Assembly (NCBI RefSeq): GCF_964204645.1
Contig: NC_134032.1
Coordinates: 4,798,175-4,862,174 of the forward strand
Length of the DNA stretch: 64,000 nt
Source of the DNA: Tubulanus polymorphus
Lineage: Eukaryota > Animalia > Nemertea
Reading direction: 5' to 3'
The notes below the pieces were generated by a model. The model made no database searches and was not told where the DNA came from. It worked only from the letters and a program-made list of their open reading frames with translations. The translations under genes were made by a program, and so were the position numbers. Each line of letters begins with the position of its first letter. Within the stretch, counting starts at the first letter, position 1. Positions 12,086 through 25,500 of this stretch are shown piece after piece.

Positions 12086-15000
12086 ATCCCACACCGCCTT
12101 TCATCCTTTTTTATCTCCTCCGCCCGTTCACAACCCTGGAACACCGATCTATCATGGCGGATATCAGCAGCCGTGCTTAGGGAGCTCTCTATCTTAAATC
12201 TATTATCTGGTCAGTTTGCGTCTATCTATAACGTCTAGATTCAACCATTTATATCAAGATAATAAATATGAGTGGATTAACAAGGGACATGTCCATTAGA
12301 TTTGGATAATAGGAGTTAGCAAGTTAAAGAAAAATATCTCACCAGCAAGTTATGGAGGCGATAAGGCACAAAATGGATGTAAGTTTAATTTACTCTGTTC
12401 AAATAACAGCAACAGATTGTGATAACAACAGCGAATTTGGAAAGTAAAAACACTCTGAAATTATCGGGATTAGATATTAATACTGATCCGCAGCAAGATT
12501 TCGTAGTAGCTAAAAAATGTTTGTAATGTTGATTTCCTGAATGCGTTGGTGGTTATTAATGGTTTCAGACAACAAACGTAGTAAGATGTAGTAAGCAGGG
12601 TGTTGTTTGATGCTTTGATCTATCAGCGCTGACCATAAATCAGCCTGGTGTAAAAATAATTCTTTCTCGGTTCTTCTGCTGCGATATCTGGCAAACATTC
12701 AGAAATCTTTTTATAAACTTAAGAATAGACGGAACCGTATTTGGTCGGAACAATGGGTTTCATTAATTATGCGGCTGGTGAAAGAATCACGCTGTTACTT
12801 CATGATACTCCCGACTACTTTCTATAAAAAGAAAAACGGAAGTATGGGGAGACATTGTTGTTTTGCTTTATCCCGTATTGTAATCAAATTTATTTAGTAT
12901 AACAGTAATAGAATGATTTTAAGAGAGATAATGGATTATAATGAAGTTCCGAATCAAGAGTATTTATGATAATTCAAAAAGAAATAATCAGTGGTACCGT
13001 AATTTGAGACAAAAACTTAAGTTTCGAAAATATATTTAATTTGAATATCCTAGATGTTAATTGAGAACAAAGTCTCTATAATCGCTAAAGTTTTAAGAAA
13101 ATTAATTTGTGTTAAATGATAATACTAGCTCTCTAAAGTTTCTCTTGTTGTATACGTCTGTTGGTAACTCGCAGAGAGTAGCTGTTCTCTCAACGATGAT
13201 AAGCAAGGAGTGAGTAAATCATGCCGCGTCATGACAGGAGGGTTGGAAGGAAAAAGTTAGTTTAGCAAATCAGTTTTGAAAATAATTTTAGATCAGTGAA
13301 TCATTAAGGCTAAATTCTATGTGACCAAAACAGTCATGGCAGTAAGGTTGCTGCTCCTTGCCAAAAGTCGAGTGGGAGAGTCGGTATTTTTAAGAATGCC
13401 GATTCTTTCTATAAAAGGGACCCGCATCTTGAGAGATCAGACACTCCGTAGACACTCAAAAAAACACTCGATAGAGATTCGATAGTTACTTGTTAAAAAC
13501 TACTTTGGGACTTGATTCAGGACCGGTTACCAGCAGGAGAGTGCAATAGGAATTTAGAGCTAGGATTTGGATTGTGATAAACTGGAGAGCTGAGTTTAAA
13601 TATTAAGGTAAATAAATTCGTCTTGTTATTGTTATATTCATTCAAATTTCCGGTATTCTAGTTTTTTTTACTTGGGTTTGTGTGCGGACACGTTCTCTCG
13701 CCAGGGACCGATCATCGCTTTTATTAATTATACGACTAAGGAGAGGATTGTGACCAGCGTATCAATTTGCTGCCCGAGCAAACAGACTACGATGCCTTGC
13801 TACAACTGGTCTCACTTGTGGTAGCTCATCCAAGTCAATTGGTCTAGTACTATTGCCATTAGTGCTAGAAGTAGAAGAGGTAGTAGGTAGCGTACTAGTA
13901 TTAGTCGAAGAAGACGTTGTCGTTGTAGACGTATTTGAATTCGTACCCTGCCTCATTAATCCCTGCGACAAAGTGTCAAGTGTACTTCGGATAATGTTTA
14001 TGGCTTCCAAAGCTTCATGTGGTGAGATTGGAAATTCTGACATGATGAAAATTAAGAATAATAAGAGTTAATTGTAAAGAACGAGAATTGTATAGCTGCG
14101 CGAAAAGATTTCTGTGACGACCATGGATGCCACGTCAATTCAATTCAAGCAATATTTATTATCTTCGTAACCGCAATATTTGGGAACCAGTCTATCTTTC
14201 GTCATCGTTGCTCGGGTGGATGTCTATCGTTATAATGCTACGCCGTTTGAAAGGGAACCAGTCTATCTTTGATCATCGATCACTCAATGATCATCGTTTT
14301 TAGATTAACATCATCAAATGTGATCAAATAATATCGTTAATTCTTCATCGATGCATGTTCTATATCGTTTCATAACTAATATCATCGTTTTGTATGTTTT
14401 AGTATCATCGTTTCATATCATTTTATTATCGTTTCATATCTTTTTATTATCGGTTTATATCTTTTTAGTCATCGTTCAACCCTTTTGTTATGTTTTGGTG
14501 GTTTTTGGCCCGCCATATGTAGTTAAAGATATGAAATATTATGAACCATTCGATATGAAATTGTAGATATATATGATTATGAAATATGTGACATATCAGC
14601 GTGACAGATGCCCCCTTGTCCAATTAAATTTGGTCCTCCAAATTTGCGGAAAACGTAGATGCTGAAAGCTCATCAAAACTCCCTCCATCGCGAAAATATG
14701 AAAGATTGAGTTTCACCGCGCGAAAATGTGCAAACGATGGACAGTAACGGCCGGATTCTCAGTCATTCACGAAAGAGTCACATGTCGTTATATACGATGC
14801 GATGATACGTTAACTGTATTTGAATGATCTGCAAAGGATCCCCGAATTCTGGCTGATTCTGCGAGGAAGGAACAGAACTAGCGACGTGTTGTGTAGTTAT
14901 ATCGTCCTGAAGTCCAGTTGGTGGTTGCAATTAGTACCGGCACGCATTTCTCTGTTTTGAAGATCTTTCGATTACTGACTGGAAATAACTTCGTGACACA

Positions 15001-15714
15001 ATGATAGTAACGTACATCATCTGACATCAGAGCAGAGTTCAGGCAATGACACAACACGAATACAGTTACCCTTGTCAACCAAACGGAAAAATGATCATCA
15101 TCCAAAATAAGTGGTCAAGTGTAACTGAGATTATATATTTGTCAACATAAAAAATTAACCAATTCATCTTCACTTTTCAGTTATACTAACAAACAAAAGA
15201 TATGAACCGGTGGAAACGAAATTTGCCGATTAAACCTGTAGTTTAGTCGAAATAGTTTGTTGCGAAAAAAGTATAGATACGCACTGTACTGTAAGTAGAT
15301 GAATTTGACTAATCAACCTTAGACATATCTCTGAGAAGTGTACCGTATTCTAATACTTATAGTACGAAATGAAACTAAAACTGATTTATGCTGATTGGAA
15401 CTAGATGCCTGGAAAAAAGAATTGTTTAACAACCGACCGACCCGATATTTCGTCATTTCAAATAATTATTTTCGAAATAAAATAAAATAGCCTACCGACC
15501 CTATTTCAAAATTGTGGATGAAATAACTATTTTCAAAAATATGTATGTAACCGACCGACTACAAAGCTCTCCATTCTCGTAAATATTTTTTTCTTCATCG
15601 TGAAATCGTGATGTCAAGTTTTAGACTAGTGATACGGGGGGGGGGGGGATAATACCTTCGCCCAAACGTTCTACACACACATGATACCATTTAATGAATC
15701 CGAAATATATCCAG

Positions 15715-16974
15715 GCCTAGAGTTCATGCTGAAGGATGAAGACTAGGAATATCTTAGCAATATAATTTTTAGAAAGAGATTTTTGTCCACTGAAGTTTAG
15801 AATAGCACGCCGGACTCTTTGTTTGGATCGACCACAGTTCTATAGTGAATTGATTCCAAGTAGTTAATTTAGCAAAACAAAGTAAATTGTTCATTACAGT
15901 GCATTGCTAAGGGTTAACGGAAAAAACCCCAGAATGTTGGAAAAATGGCCAAAGAAAAAATGGCCAGGAAAGAATGGCCAAGGTAATTTGTCTAGGAAAA
16001 AAATGACCAAGAAAAAATGGCCACGGAAAAAAAGGCCTAGGAAAATTTATGAGAACTACTGCCAATGTTAATAAAACATTAAGCTTTCAACTTAATGACA
16101 TCACATATTTTTCATGGGGCTTAAAACAATTAAAATCGGTATTAATGAGTTCAGAAATGTGATGAACTTACATTTCATTTCATTGCATATAATGAATATA
16201 TCAAGAACTATCATGCAAGTGATCAATGAATAAACTTACTAGTGATGAACTTAAACTTAATAAAATAACTAAATCAATAATTCAAAACATCTAAGTAAGC
16301 GAGTAAAAATCCCCTAGGTAAAAATACCCAATTCTTCAAAGTAGGTTATCCCCTCCCTTTGAAGGGATTATAAGTAGATACAATCTTAAGGTCAATTAAT
16401 TCGTATTATTGATACGTATATCCAATTTATTCATATTTTACTGTCGAACACAATAAGGATATCAATATGCCCATACAAACTATGCTATTTAAATTAAAAC
16501 ATACTCCAAATTAACAATTCATTGATACTAAACTAGTACATATACATGTAGTTATTGCACAGCTTAGTAAAGGGGTTCATCGCACATTTCAAATATATTA
16601 CATTAGCTTGAATCTAAAATATTTAATATCAAAAGTACGTTATTTTTAATAGTTCATGGCATCGCACAGCTGAAATATACCACAAGTTAACAAGAGTCCG
16701 CAGTTCAAAAATATTCCAGATCGAATCTTAAGATATTACAAATAAAAGTTTATTACTCTTATTAATTCTTGCAATTTATTTTATCCGTAAGAATTTATCG
16801 CAACGAAAGATTTCATTTAAAAGTTCAAACATATTTCAGTCTCATTGTAAATTCGAGAAACATCGTGCTTTGAAATGTTCTTGACAATCACCAAGTATGA
16901 ATATTTGGGGGATTTTTACCCAGGGTATATTTACCATGTTTACTTAGGGTTTAGATTTTTTAGATTTCTACATA
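15715..16974 (-). repeat. Inverted copy of the 4385-6040 repeat, left part; contains GGAAAAAATGGCC repeats at 15915-16050
   Basis: Reverse-complement similarity to 5100-6040; interrupted by the EnSpm element. Confidence 0.75.
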
Positions 16975-17659
16975 CACTGTAAAAAACTGTTCGGCCATAA
17001 CCGAAATTTCACGCTGATTTTCCCGTGCATATGCGGTCTATTCCTGAAAAATCGGCCCTTTCACTTGAAATTTGGTCAAAATCCGATTTGCTACGGCATA
17101 ATCCGTCGACAAACGTTTTGCTCCGCAAATTGGCATGTCGTTTTTTCGCGGATCGATTAAATATGGAACAAAACAGTAGAAATAGGTCTAAAACCGCAAA
17201 TAAACGGCGTTCCTTGCGAGGAATCGGGAGAAGGCGTTTAGAAACGGTAACGCTCCGTCAGATGCGGCCAAGCAACCGTATAATGACGGTATTAATCGGA
17301 AATTAGCAATCGCGATCCAACATGGCGGCGGATGAAGGTGTAGGGGCCCTAGGAAGCATTCAAGACGCTACAAGTAATGTACGGGTAAGTTGTGGTAATT
17401 TGTCATTCATTTTTTTATTTGGGCGCAGCAGTTATTTTTGGCAAGTACTTTGCTGTATCATGTGCTCATCGACTGATTTGTAGTCACCCGGCACAAGTAA
17501 AGCGCATAAAGAATGAAGGACCTTACAAACTCAATTCAATCAAAACTTTACAAATCCACTGCCTACTGGGTCGCATTAAGTATCAGCGGACTGTGCTACA
17601 AATTGGAGTAGGGCCAGTGTTGAATTCTCAGTCCAGCCCTGACTGTGTGACATGTCTTT

Positions 17660-17997
17660 CATCCTCCCTCTGCAGGGACTCGAACCTGATGGCATCGCTA
17701 CACTCAGCCACGGCACGAACCCCTGCATCAGTAGACCGGGTGCGCAGGTACATGCGCAGCTTTCCGAATGGAATCTGGCGGCACCAATCAGATTGCTCGT
17801 TGTATGATCGTTGAGGCAAATTTCAAGGAAGAACTATAAATGGGAAAACCCGGGCTAAAATACAACGGGATTTCTGATTGGCTAAAAATCATATCATCTG
17901 AACTGCGCATGTATCTGCGCACACGGTCGATTATGGCAGGGTTTCGTGCCGTGGCAATCTGATGCCATCAGGTTCGAATCCCTGCCGGGGGAAGATG
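17660..17997. mobile_element. Palindromic MITE-like insertion with tRNA B-box-like arms, in the transposase intron
   Basis: ~100-bp inverted arms, including GGGACTCGAACCTGATGGCATC / GATGCCATCAGGTTCGAATCCC. Confidence 0.6.
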
Positions 17998-18457
17998 CAG
18001 GTCTTTAAGCTTTACATCAAATACTTCAATCATCAACATAAAAATTAGAGTTTCTATTTTAACACTTAAGCTGTCTCCATGAGGCTTCCAAGGGTTTTCT
18101 GTCAATTTCTAATAAGCCTAATGTGCTTATTGTTTTTCAAATTCATACTTGATCTCGCACTAAGGGTTTATTGTTCATTGGCAATAAATGTAAAAGGGTT
18201 GCCACAGATTGCAACATGCTTATGAAATTTCCGCAGTTTCCTAAAGGTTGTTGGATTTGTGTGAATGATTTTTCTCACTGCTTGAAATGTGGATACAAAC
18301 ACTACACAAAGGGTGTAAAAACATTACACTGGTACGCGTGTTGCTATTAAAAAGATTGAAGGAAACCAAAACAAATAGGCATATGTGTCATGTAAACTGT
18401 AGCTATTTAAGGTTTTTTAGGCTTAGATTTAGACAATATTGTCTGGTGTATTCGCGC

Positions 18458-18936
18458 CTACTCTCTGTCACACCTGCTCTCCGTGCGACGTTTCGATCCA
18501 TAATTCCGTTAAAAATTGGTTTGATTTACCTTTATTATGCATCAATATGTTCAGAAAAGAATTTGCATTCAGAAATAAACAAAAAATTTCCCTAAAGTTG
18601 TTTTTGTTTTCATTTATGAGCGATAGTTTACTCAGCATACGCTCGCGTAATGCTGAAAAACTGCTCCGCGGACGCTCGGAAACGTTACAGTGACGCCTGC
18701 TCAGGTGGCGCCACGTTATGGGCTGTGAAAGCCGTTTTTCATCATTACGCTAGCGTATGCTAGGTAAACAATCGCTGATCGATGAAAACACAAACAAATT
18801 CATGCCAATTCATGAATTATTTCTGAATGCAAAATCCTTACTGAACAAATTGATGCATAATTTTCACAAATCCACCGATTATTAACGAAATTACGGATCA
18901 AAACGTCGCACGAAGAGCATGTGTAACAGACAGTAG
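18458..18936. mobile_element. Long imperfect palindromic MITE in the transposase intron
   Basis: CTACTCTCTGTCACACCTGCTCTCCGTGCGACG...CGTCGCACGAAGAGCATGTGTAACAGACAGTAG, with inner inverted matches. Confidence 0.7.
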
Positions 18937-21679
18937 TTACAATTCTTCTTTTTTTTTGTTACAGGAGCCCTATACTTGTCAAGTTTGCCATGAAAAGTTG
19001 TTATCTCTGAGGGCATATTGCTGTCATTACAAAACGCATAGAAATGTTCCTAATTATCCCAACATACCATGTCCAAATTGTTCATAGCAGTCATGTTCTT
19101 ATGACGCCCTTCGCATGCACTTTTCTCGCAATCACCTGTTTCATGAGAAAGCAGTTCGTTCTATTAGTAAAAAACCATTAAGCCATGGTGAATTCAAATG
19201 TTCGGTTGTCCATTGTGAAAAGCTATTTTTGTCGCTAAATGACCTCATAAATCATCTTAAAGTCCATATCACTAACGGTATAGAAATAACATGTCCCTTT
19301 ACTAACTGCACTGCAAGTTACATTGTGAAATCATCATTTTCTAGTCATTTATCTCGCCTCCATAAGGGACATTGGTCTGCCAGTCGTTTAAGACCTGAAT
19401 TTCTTGTAACAGATTCTGATTCTACTACAGACTCTGACTCAGCTGCATCTGTTGCAGACTGTATCGATTCTGCTTCGGGCTCTGACACTGAGGAACAGGA
19501 GTTAAATGAAAATAATCTATGTATGCAATTAGAAATAAATCTAGCGCTATTTTATCTAAAATTACAATCAAAATTGCTTATACCATCTAGCACTATCCAA
19601 GTAATTGTTAATGAACTTTCAAATATCAGTGATCTCCAAGAAAAATACATAAGTGCAGTAATGTTAGAAAAGATGAAACAACATGGCATTGATGAAGCTA
19701 CAGCTCTGCAAGTAATTACTGTACTTGAGAGTCATACTGAATTTCATCAGATCATTGATAGTGTGAAAGGGCCTTTCAGATCAGAATATATTAGAAAGAG
19801 ATACTATGAAAAACAATTTCATTTTGTATCACCAAGAAAAGTAGTAATTGATGAAACTGATTGTCGGCATCACATGTATTATGTACCAATACAAGAATCA
19901 CTGCGAAGCATGTTTCAAGATGCATCTTTTGTTCATCAGTATAATAATCCAGCCTTACCAAGTAGTCCACCTGGTGAACTTCGTGATATACATGACGGGT
20001 TGGTTTTTCAGAACAACCCATTTTTGGCAGCAACAGTGAAAGGGAGCTTGAAATCGTTTTGTAGCAAGATGAGTTGGAATTGGTTAATCCACTCGGGAGC
20101 ACTAAGTCCAAACACAAGGTTCTGGCGTGTTACTTTACTCTCGGAAACATTTTTCCATGGAACAGATCAAAAATTGATCAAATTCAATTATGTTTTCTTT
20201 GTAAAAGTTCCACTGTTAAGCATGTTGGAATTCAGAAAGAGTTCCATCCATTAATTACTGATCTTCGAAACATTGAAATGAACGGGATAATGGTGCAAAA
20301 CTTCACCAATCCTATTAAAGGGTCAGTCTTATGTTGTCTTGGGGATAACTTGGGATCAAATGCTATCGGTGGTTTTAGTGAAAATTTCTCTGCTTCTGAC
20401 TATTGGTGCAGGTACTGTCTGCACACAAAAGCAGATAAAAAAATACAAAACATTTGGCCAAAAAGTATTCGTACAGTATCATCATACAAAGAATCACTTG
20501 AGAAACTTGATTCTAGTGCATTTTCCAATGGAATCAAGGCAAATTCAGTTTTAAATGAGTTAGAACACTTCCACGTGTGTCAACTAGGCCTTCCTCCATG
20601 CTTGGCTCATGATATTTTCGAGGGTATATTAAGAAAAGACCTGGACCTCATTCTAAATCATTTCATCTCCCAGAAATGTTTCAGAGCACAAGACATAATA
20701 AGTATGCTATCTGAATTCAAATTCTTTGGTTTGGACTCTCTAGATAAACCATGTCTCAGTCTTCAAACTAAAAAGAAAAACTTAATTAAGATAAGTGGTA
20801 GTGCCATTCAAAACTGGAACCTTTCGCGTTTCCTTCCTTTGATATTATCAAACACAGATGCATTGTATGATAATGTTTGGCACATGCTCATTCTACTGAA
20901 AAGGATGGTAGAATACATCTGCGCCCCCTGTTTAAGTATGGAAATGATTTCAATTATGGAAGAACTAATTGAGGAGTACTTAACTATGCGGAAAACATAT
21001 TTCCCAGATGTCAGTTTTATTCCAAAGCATCATTTCATCTCACACTACCCATACTTGACGCTGTGTTTTGGACCATTAATTCGACTTTGGACAATGAGAA
21101 TGGAGTCTAAGCATACATACTTCAAGCAAGTCACTCGTAGAACGCAAAATTTCAAAAATATATTACTTACTCTTAGTGAAAAACATCAATATATGCTTGC
21201 CTACTACTCTGCTGGCAACATGTTTCCGCCAATGCTAACATACTCTACTGGCTTCATATTTATGGATACGGTTTACTCTGATGAGATAAAAAATTGTGTC
21301 CGGAAAGTTATCCCCAAGGGTCAAGATTGCATTGTTACCAAGGAGATCAATTTCAAAGGAATTACTTACAAAGTTGATTCTGATACGCATATGGTGATTT
21401 CTAATGATCAACATGGACTTAAATTTGGAAAAATTCTCCTCCTCCTCGTATCTAATGAGGAGACTTATGTTGTTGTCGAAAAGGAGGACTCGCTTTGTAT
21501 GAGAATGCAAGGAGTACATGAAATAATTACCATTGGAGTCAAGTTGTGTTTGAAATTGTCCTCAGTGCATGATTTCTACCCACTACCATCCTATAGACTA
21601 TTAACAAAGAAAGTTGTAGTATTGAAGCATGCTTTAACTAAAGGTAAGCCCAACTAAATTAACTTAAGCTAAGGAACTA

Positions 21680-21788
21680 GGGCCCGGTTCCGCAGTTGTG
21701 AGTTAGAGTAAACTAGAGTTAAAGTTAGTTTATTTTCAGTGTTTTAACTCTAGAGTCAAATTTAACTCAGAACTGTGGAACTGGGTCC
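21680..21788. mobile_element. Short PIF/Harbinger-like MITE
   Basis: GGGCCCGGTTCCGCAGTT...AACTGTGGAACTGGGTCC inverted ends, internal GAGTTA/TAACTC repeats. Confidence 0.55.
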
Positions 21789-22196
21789 AGGTGTTCTTGC
21801 ATCAGTAATCCTATTTTCCTTCATTTCAAAGTTGTCTAGAAGTTATTAAGGGACATTTATGTAATTTATGCCCATAACTTGCCTCAATGATGGTCACATT
21901 CACCTAGATCTCTAAAGAATCAGTAATTTATGTCTTTTTCAATTTAATTTCTATATTTCGTGACATACTTTTGATGGTAGGGGTACAGTAAATAAAACGT
22001 TTTTGAATCAACTCTTCCCAACACCATTTTGAAGGCGAGGTTGTGTTATTTAGCTACGGACATAGTAACCAGTAATGAGGTTTGAGTTGAGGGTTATAGG
22101 GTTGGCAATTTATCAGAAAATGCATGCTTGAATTGTGAATGAGTTAACAAGTCACATCAAGTCAAAGAATTCAATTCTATCAACAGGGGGTCAAAC

Positions 22197-22386
22197 TGTA
22201 AGAAATGTTTGAAAATTAATAATGTTAAACTGTGTACTACACGATAGCGCCATCTGGCGTCTTGTGTTCGAAATAAAGATGGAGAAATCCCACCTACAGA
22301 AAATATGATCGTCCGAGTTTGATGCTTTTTTAAAACCAATCGGAGAAGGGGAACTCGCTTATAAATACCAGCAAAAGAACAGTACA
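22197..22386 (+). repeat. 5' LTR
   Basis: Direct repeat of 29138-29327; 5 mismatches counted. Confidence 0.95.
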
Positions 22387-22404
22387 TGGTCCCTCGAACC
22401 GGAT
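22387..22404 (+). promoter_or_regulatory. Primer binding site, probably tRNA-Tyr
   Basis: TGGTCCCTCGAACCGGAT directly after the LTR; resembles the complement of the tRNA-Tyr 3' end. Confidence 0.7.
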
Positions 22405-22522
22405 TGCTGTGAGAAAGTGAGTAAATAAATTGAACCAGAGAAAAAATTGCATCTAGTAGAACGAACACGCTGACGAAGAATTTATGTGACCTTGACCTTC
22501 AATAGTGAAACTAAGTTGAAAA

Positions 22523-25500
22523 ATGGATGAAATTAGAAAGAAAATAAAAACCCGAGGAGGTCAAAGGGCTTCAAGTACAAAATTATTAAATGATGCCGAC
22601 AAAATCATCAGTGATTTTCAAACATCAGATCCTGAAAAGGTCCTAGCTCTCGCATCCTTGAGCACCATGCTTGGTGAAAAGATGGCCACTCTTAAAAGAA
22701 TTGACGCAGAAATCCTAGATTTAATGAGTGGAGAGGACAGCTTTGTAGATATGGAGGCTGAAATAACAGCAGCGGATGAGTGGACACTTAAATTGAGAAA
22801 ATATATTTTGAAAGTTGATTCAACACTTGCAACCAATGTAAAACCACAATCTGCGGTCTCCAATTGTAGTCCTGTAACTGAGAAAAGGGTTACAGCAGCT
22901 GTGAGACTACCGAAGCTGGAATTAAAGAAATTTAACGCAGATATTACAGAATGGTTACCCTTTTGGAGTTGCTTTAAATCAGCAATTCATGAACGGAACG
23001 ACATAGAAGATATAGAAAAATTTGCGTATCTTTCTTCAATTCTCTCAAAAAATGCAGCCGATGCTATCAGCGGATTAACAGTCACCGGAGAAAATTACCC
23101 TCATGCAATAGAAATTTTGCAGTCCCGTTGTCGGCAACAAGCAACAAATAATAAATCGTCATATGGAAATGCTGTTGAATCTTGATGAAGTTAGCTCGTC
23201 AAATCACGTCGACCTTAGAAGACTGTATGACAAAATTGAGAGCCATGTTAGAGGTCTTAAGGCATTGGGGATAGAATCGGATTCTTACGGACAACTGCTA
23301 ACATCTGTCGTCATAAAAAAGTTACCTGCTGGACTTCGACTGATTTTATCAAGTAAAATTAGTAATGAAGAAAACTGGAACATGGATGCGTTGATGGAGA
23401 CATTATTTGAAGAAATAAGTGCTCGAGAACGAGCGGGAAATTTGAGTACTCAAAACAGAGATCGAAATTTTAATAGGCAGAATCAGAATGCTAGAACGTT
23501 ATATACCGGAGATAATAGTAGGTGGTCAACAGATCCTATTTGTGTATATTGTAAGAAAAAACATGATTCTTCAAATTGTCGTACTGTTACAGCGATTCCG
23601 TCCAGAAAAGACATTTTGAAGAAAGGTGGCTACTGTTTTATATGTATAAAGAGGAATCATATTGCTTCAAGATGTCGTTCTAACATGAGGTGCCAAAAGT
23701 GTAATGGTAGACACCATGTGACTATATGTGAATTTGACTCGAAGAAAGAATCTAGTAATGGCGAACAGTCAAGTCCGAGAGAAAACCAAACACCTAGTCC
23801 TGACCAATCAGCTGGAGAGAAAGCTATCTCAGGAGCAACGAGTTCTCGGAAAGTACTCTTACAGACTGTTCAAGCAATAATGCAAGGTGATGATGGGCCA
23901 GTGAAAGTCCGAATCCTATTTGACACCGGAAGTCAGAAATCATATATTACGAAACGACTGGCTGATAGATTACACCTACAGGTACTGGGCAATCATCGTA
24001 TGAACATTCAAGTTTTTGGTTCAGACACAGATGGTCAGTTTGAGGAGTATCCCATAGTAGAATCAAGATTACTGGATACAAACGGCACGGCAATGACTTT
24101 TCCACTAGTGGTAGTACCCGTCATATGCACTGGTCTCTCAGTATATGACTTGTCAAATTGCAAGAAAATGTTTCCACATCTGCGAGGAGTACATTTTTCA
24201 GAATTTTATTACAAAGACGGATCGGTGGATGTAGATATTTTAATCGGAGCTGACTACTATTGGTCAGTGATGACTGGCGAAGTCAGGCGGAGTAACAGAG
24301 GTCCTGTGGCACTGGGAACCAAATTTGGTTGGACATTGTCTGGTCCAATCGGAGAATCTGAAACCAATCAATCATCAATGGTGTATTTTATTAACGAGAA
24401 AACAGCTAAGAAATCTACCTACAGCAACCATGATGATGATAAACACAATAATTTATTGATCACACAACAACGGAATTGTGACTGTCATCAGCTGGAAACT
24501 AAGCTTAAGAATTTTTGGTCGATCGAAAATCTTGGTCTTGAAGAAAATACTGATGATCCATTATTTGAAGAATTCAAGAAATCTGTCTAGTTTAAGGATG
24601 GTAGATACCATGTTAAGTTGCCATGGCGCGACGTGGATGACTTGATTCTTCCGGATAATTATAAGCACGCGAAGAAGAGACTTATAAATTTACTGACAAG
24701 ACTGAGACGATCACCTGACATTTTATCAGAGTATGACAGCGTAATAAAAGAACAGCTTGACAATAACATAGTTCAGCTAGTAGAAAGTCCGGAAATCGGT
24801 GAAGTAGGAAAAGTGCACTATATCCCTCATCAGGCAGTAATACGAAGTGGTCATTCAACTACGAAACTCCGAATTGTGTATGACGCATCGTGTAAGGCTG
24901 ATGGACCCTCATGAAATGAGTTACTGCATGCCGGACCTGTGATGACTAACAATATTTTGCATATATTGCTTAGATTTAGAATGAAACCTGTTGCCTTGAC
25001 AGGAGATATCGAAAAGGCATTTTTGCAGATAATGGTTGATGAAGATGATACTGATGTTCTACGATTCTTATGGGTGAAGGATACTCATGATGAAAATTCG
25101 GATGTTATCGTTTTGAAGTTCAATCGAGTAGTTTTTGGTGTAACATCCAGCCCGTACTTGCTGAACGCTACTCTGAAGTTCCACATGGAAAGTCACGAAG
25201 ATCAGAAATTTGCTGAAAAGTTTCTACAGTCAGCATATATTGATGACACAAGTTCGAGTTTTGATACCGTCGGTGAAAGTTTTGAGTTCTACCGAGAAAC
25301 GAAATCATATCTAAAGAACACAAATTCAGTACAGCTCGGGATTTAATACTTCAACAGGAAGCTGATAGTTCAAACACTACAGACGGAAGCCACGTTGATG
25401 AATCCTATGCTCAGCAGACTTTGGGCATGAATGCCAGGGTGCAAGAATCTGATATGATAAAAATTCTTGGCGTCTGCTGGAACTACAGCACTGATGAAAT

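Larger units (their letters stand above)
17322..21657 (+). pseudogene. EnSpm/CMC transposase with N-terminal C2H2 fingers (disrupted)
   Basis: Exon 1 17322-17384 splices in frame to 18965. Motifs: C2H2 fingers, GDNLGSNAIGGF...CRYC, PPCLAHDIFEG, PKHHFISHYP, FGPL...WTMRMESKH. Stop at ~19085 and frameshift plus stop at ~20025-20065. Confidence 0.85.

Noticed and set aside
13200-13660. Possible solo LTR (TATAAAAG then AATAAA)
   Set aside because: Could not define TG...CA boundaries or a TSD
13762-14043. 93-aa Ser/Thr-rich ORF
   Set aside because: Low complexity with no recognisable domain; may be a transposon exon but is unsupported
12351-14517. Possible IS3EU-like element (TATGG...CCATA ends, ATCATCGTT repeats)
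   Set aside because: Ends match only weakly, flanks GCAAGT/TGTAGT are not a TSD, and no transposase motif is visible
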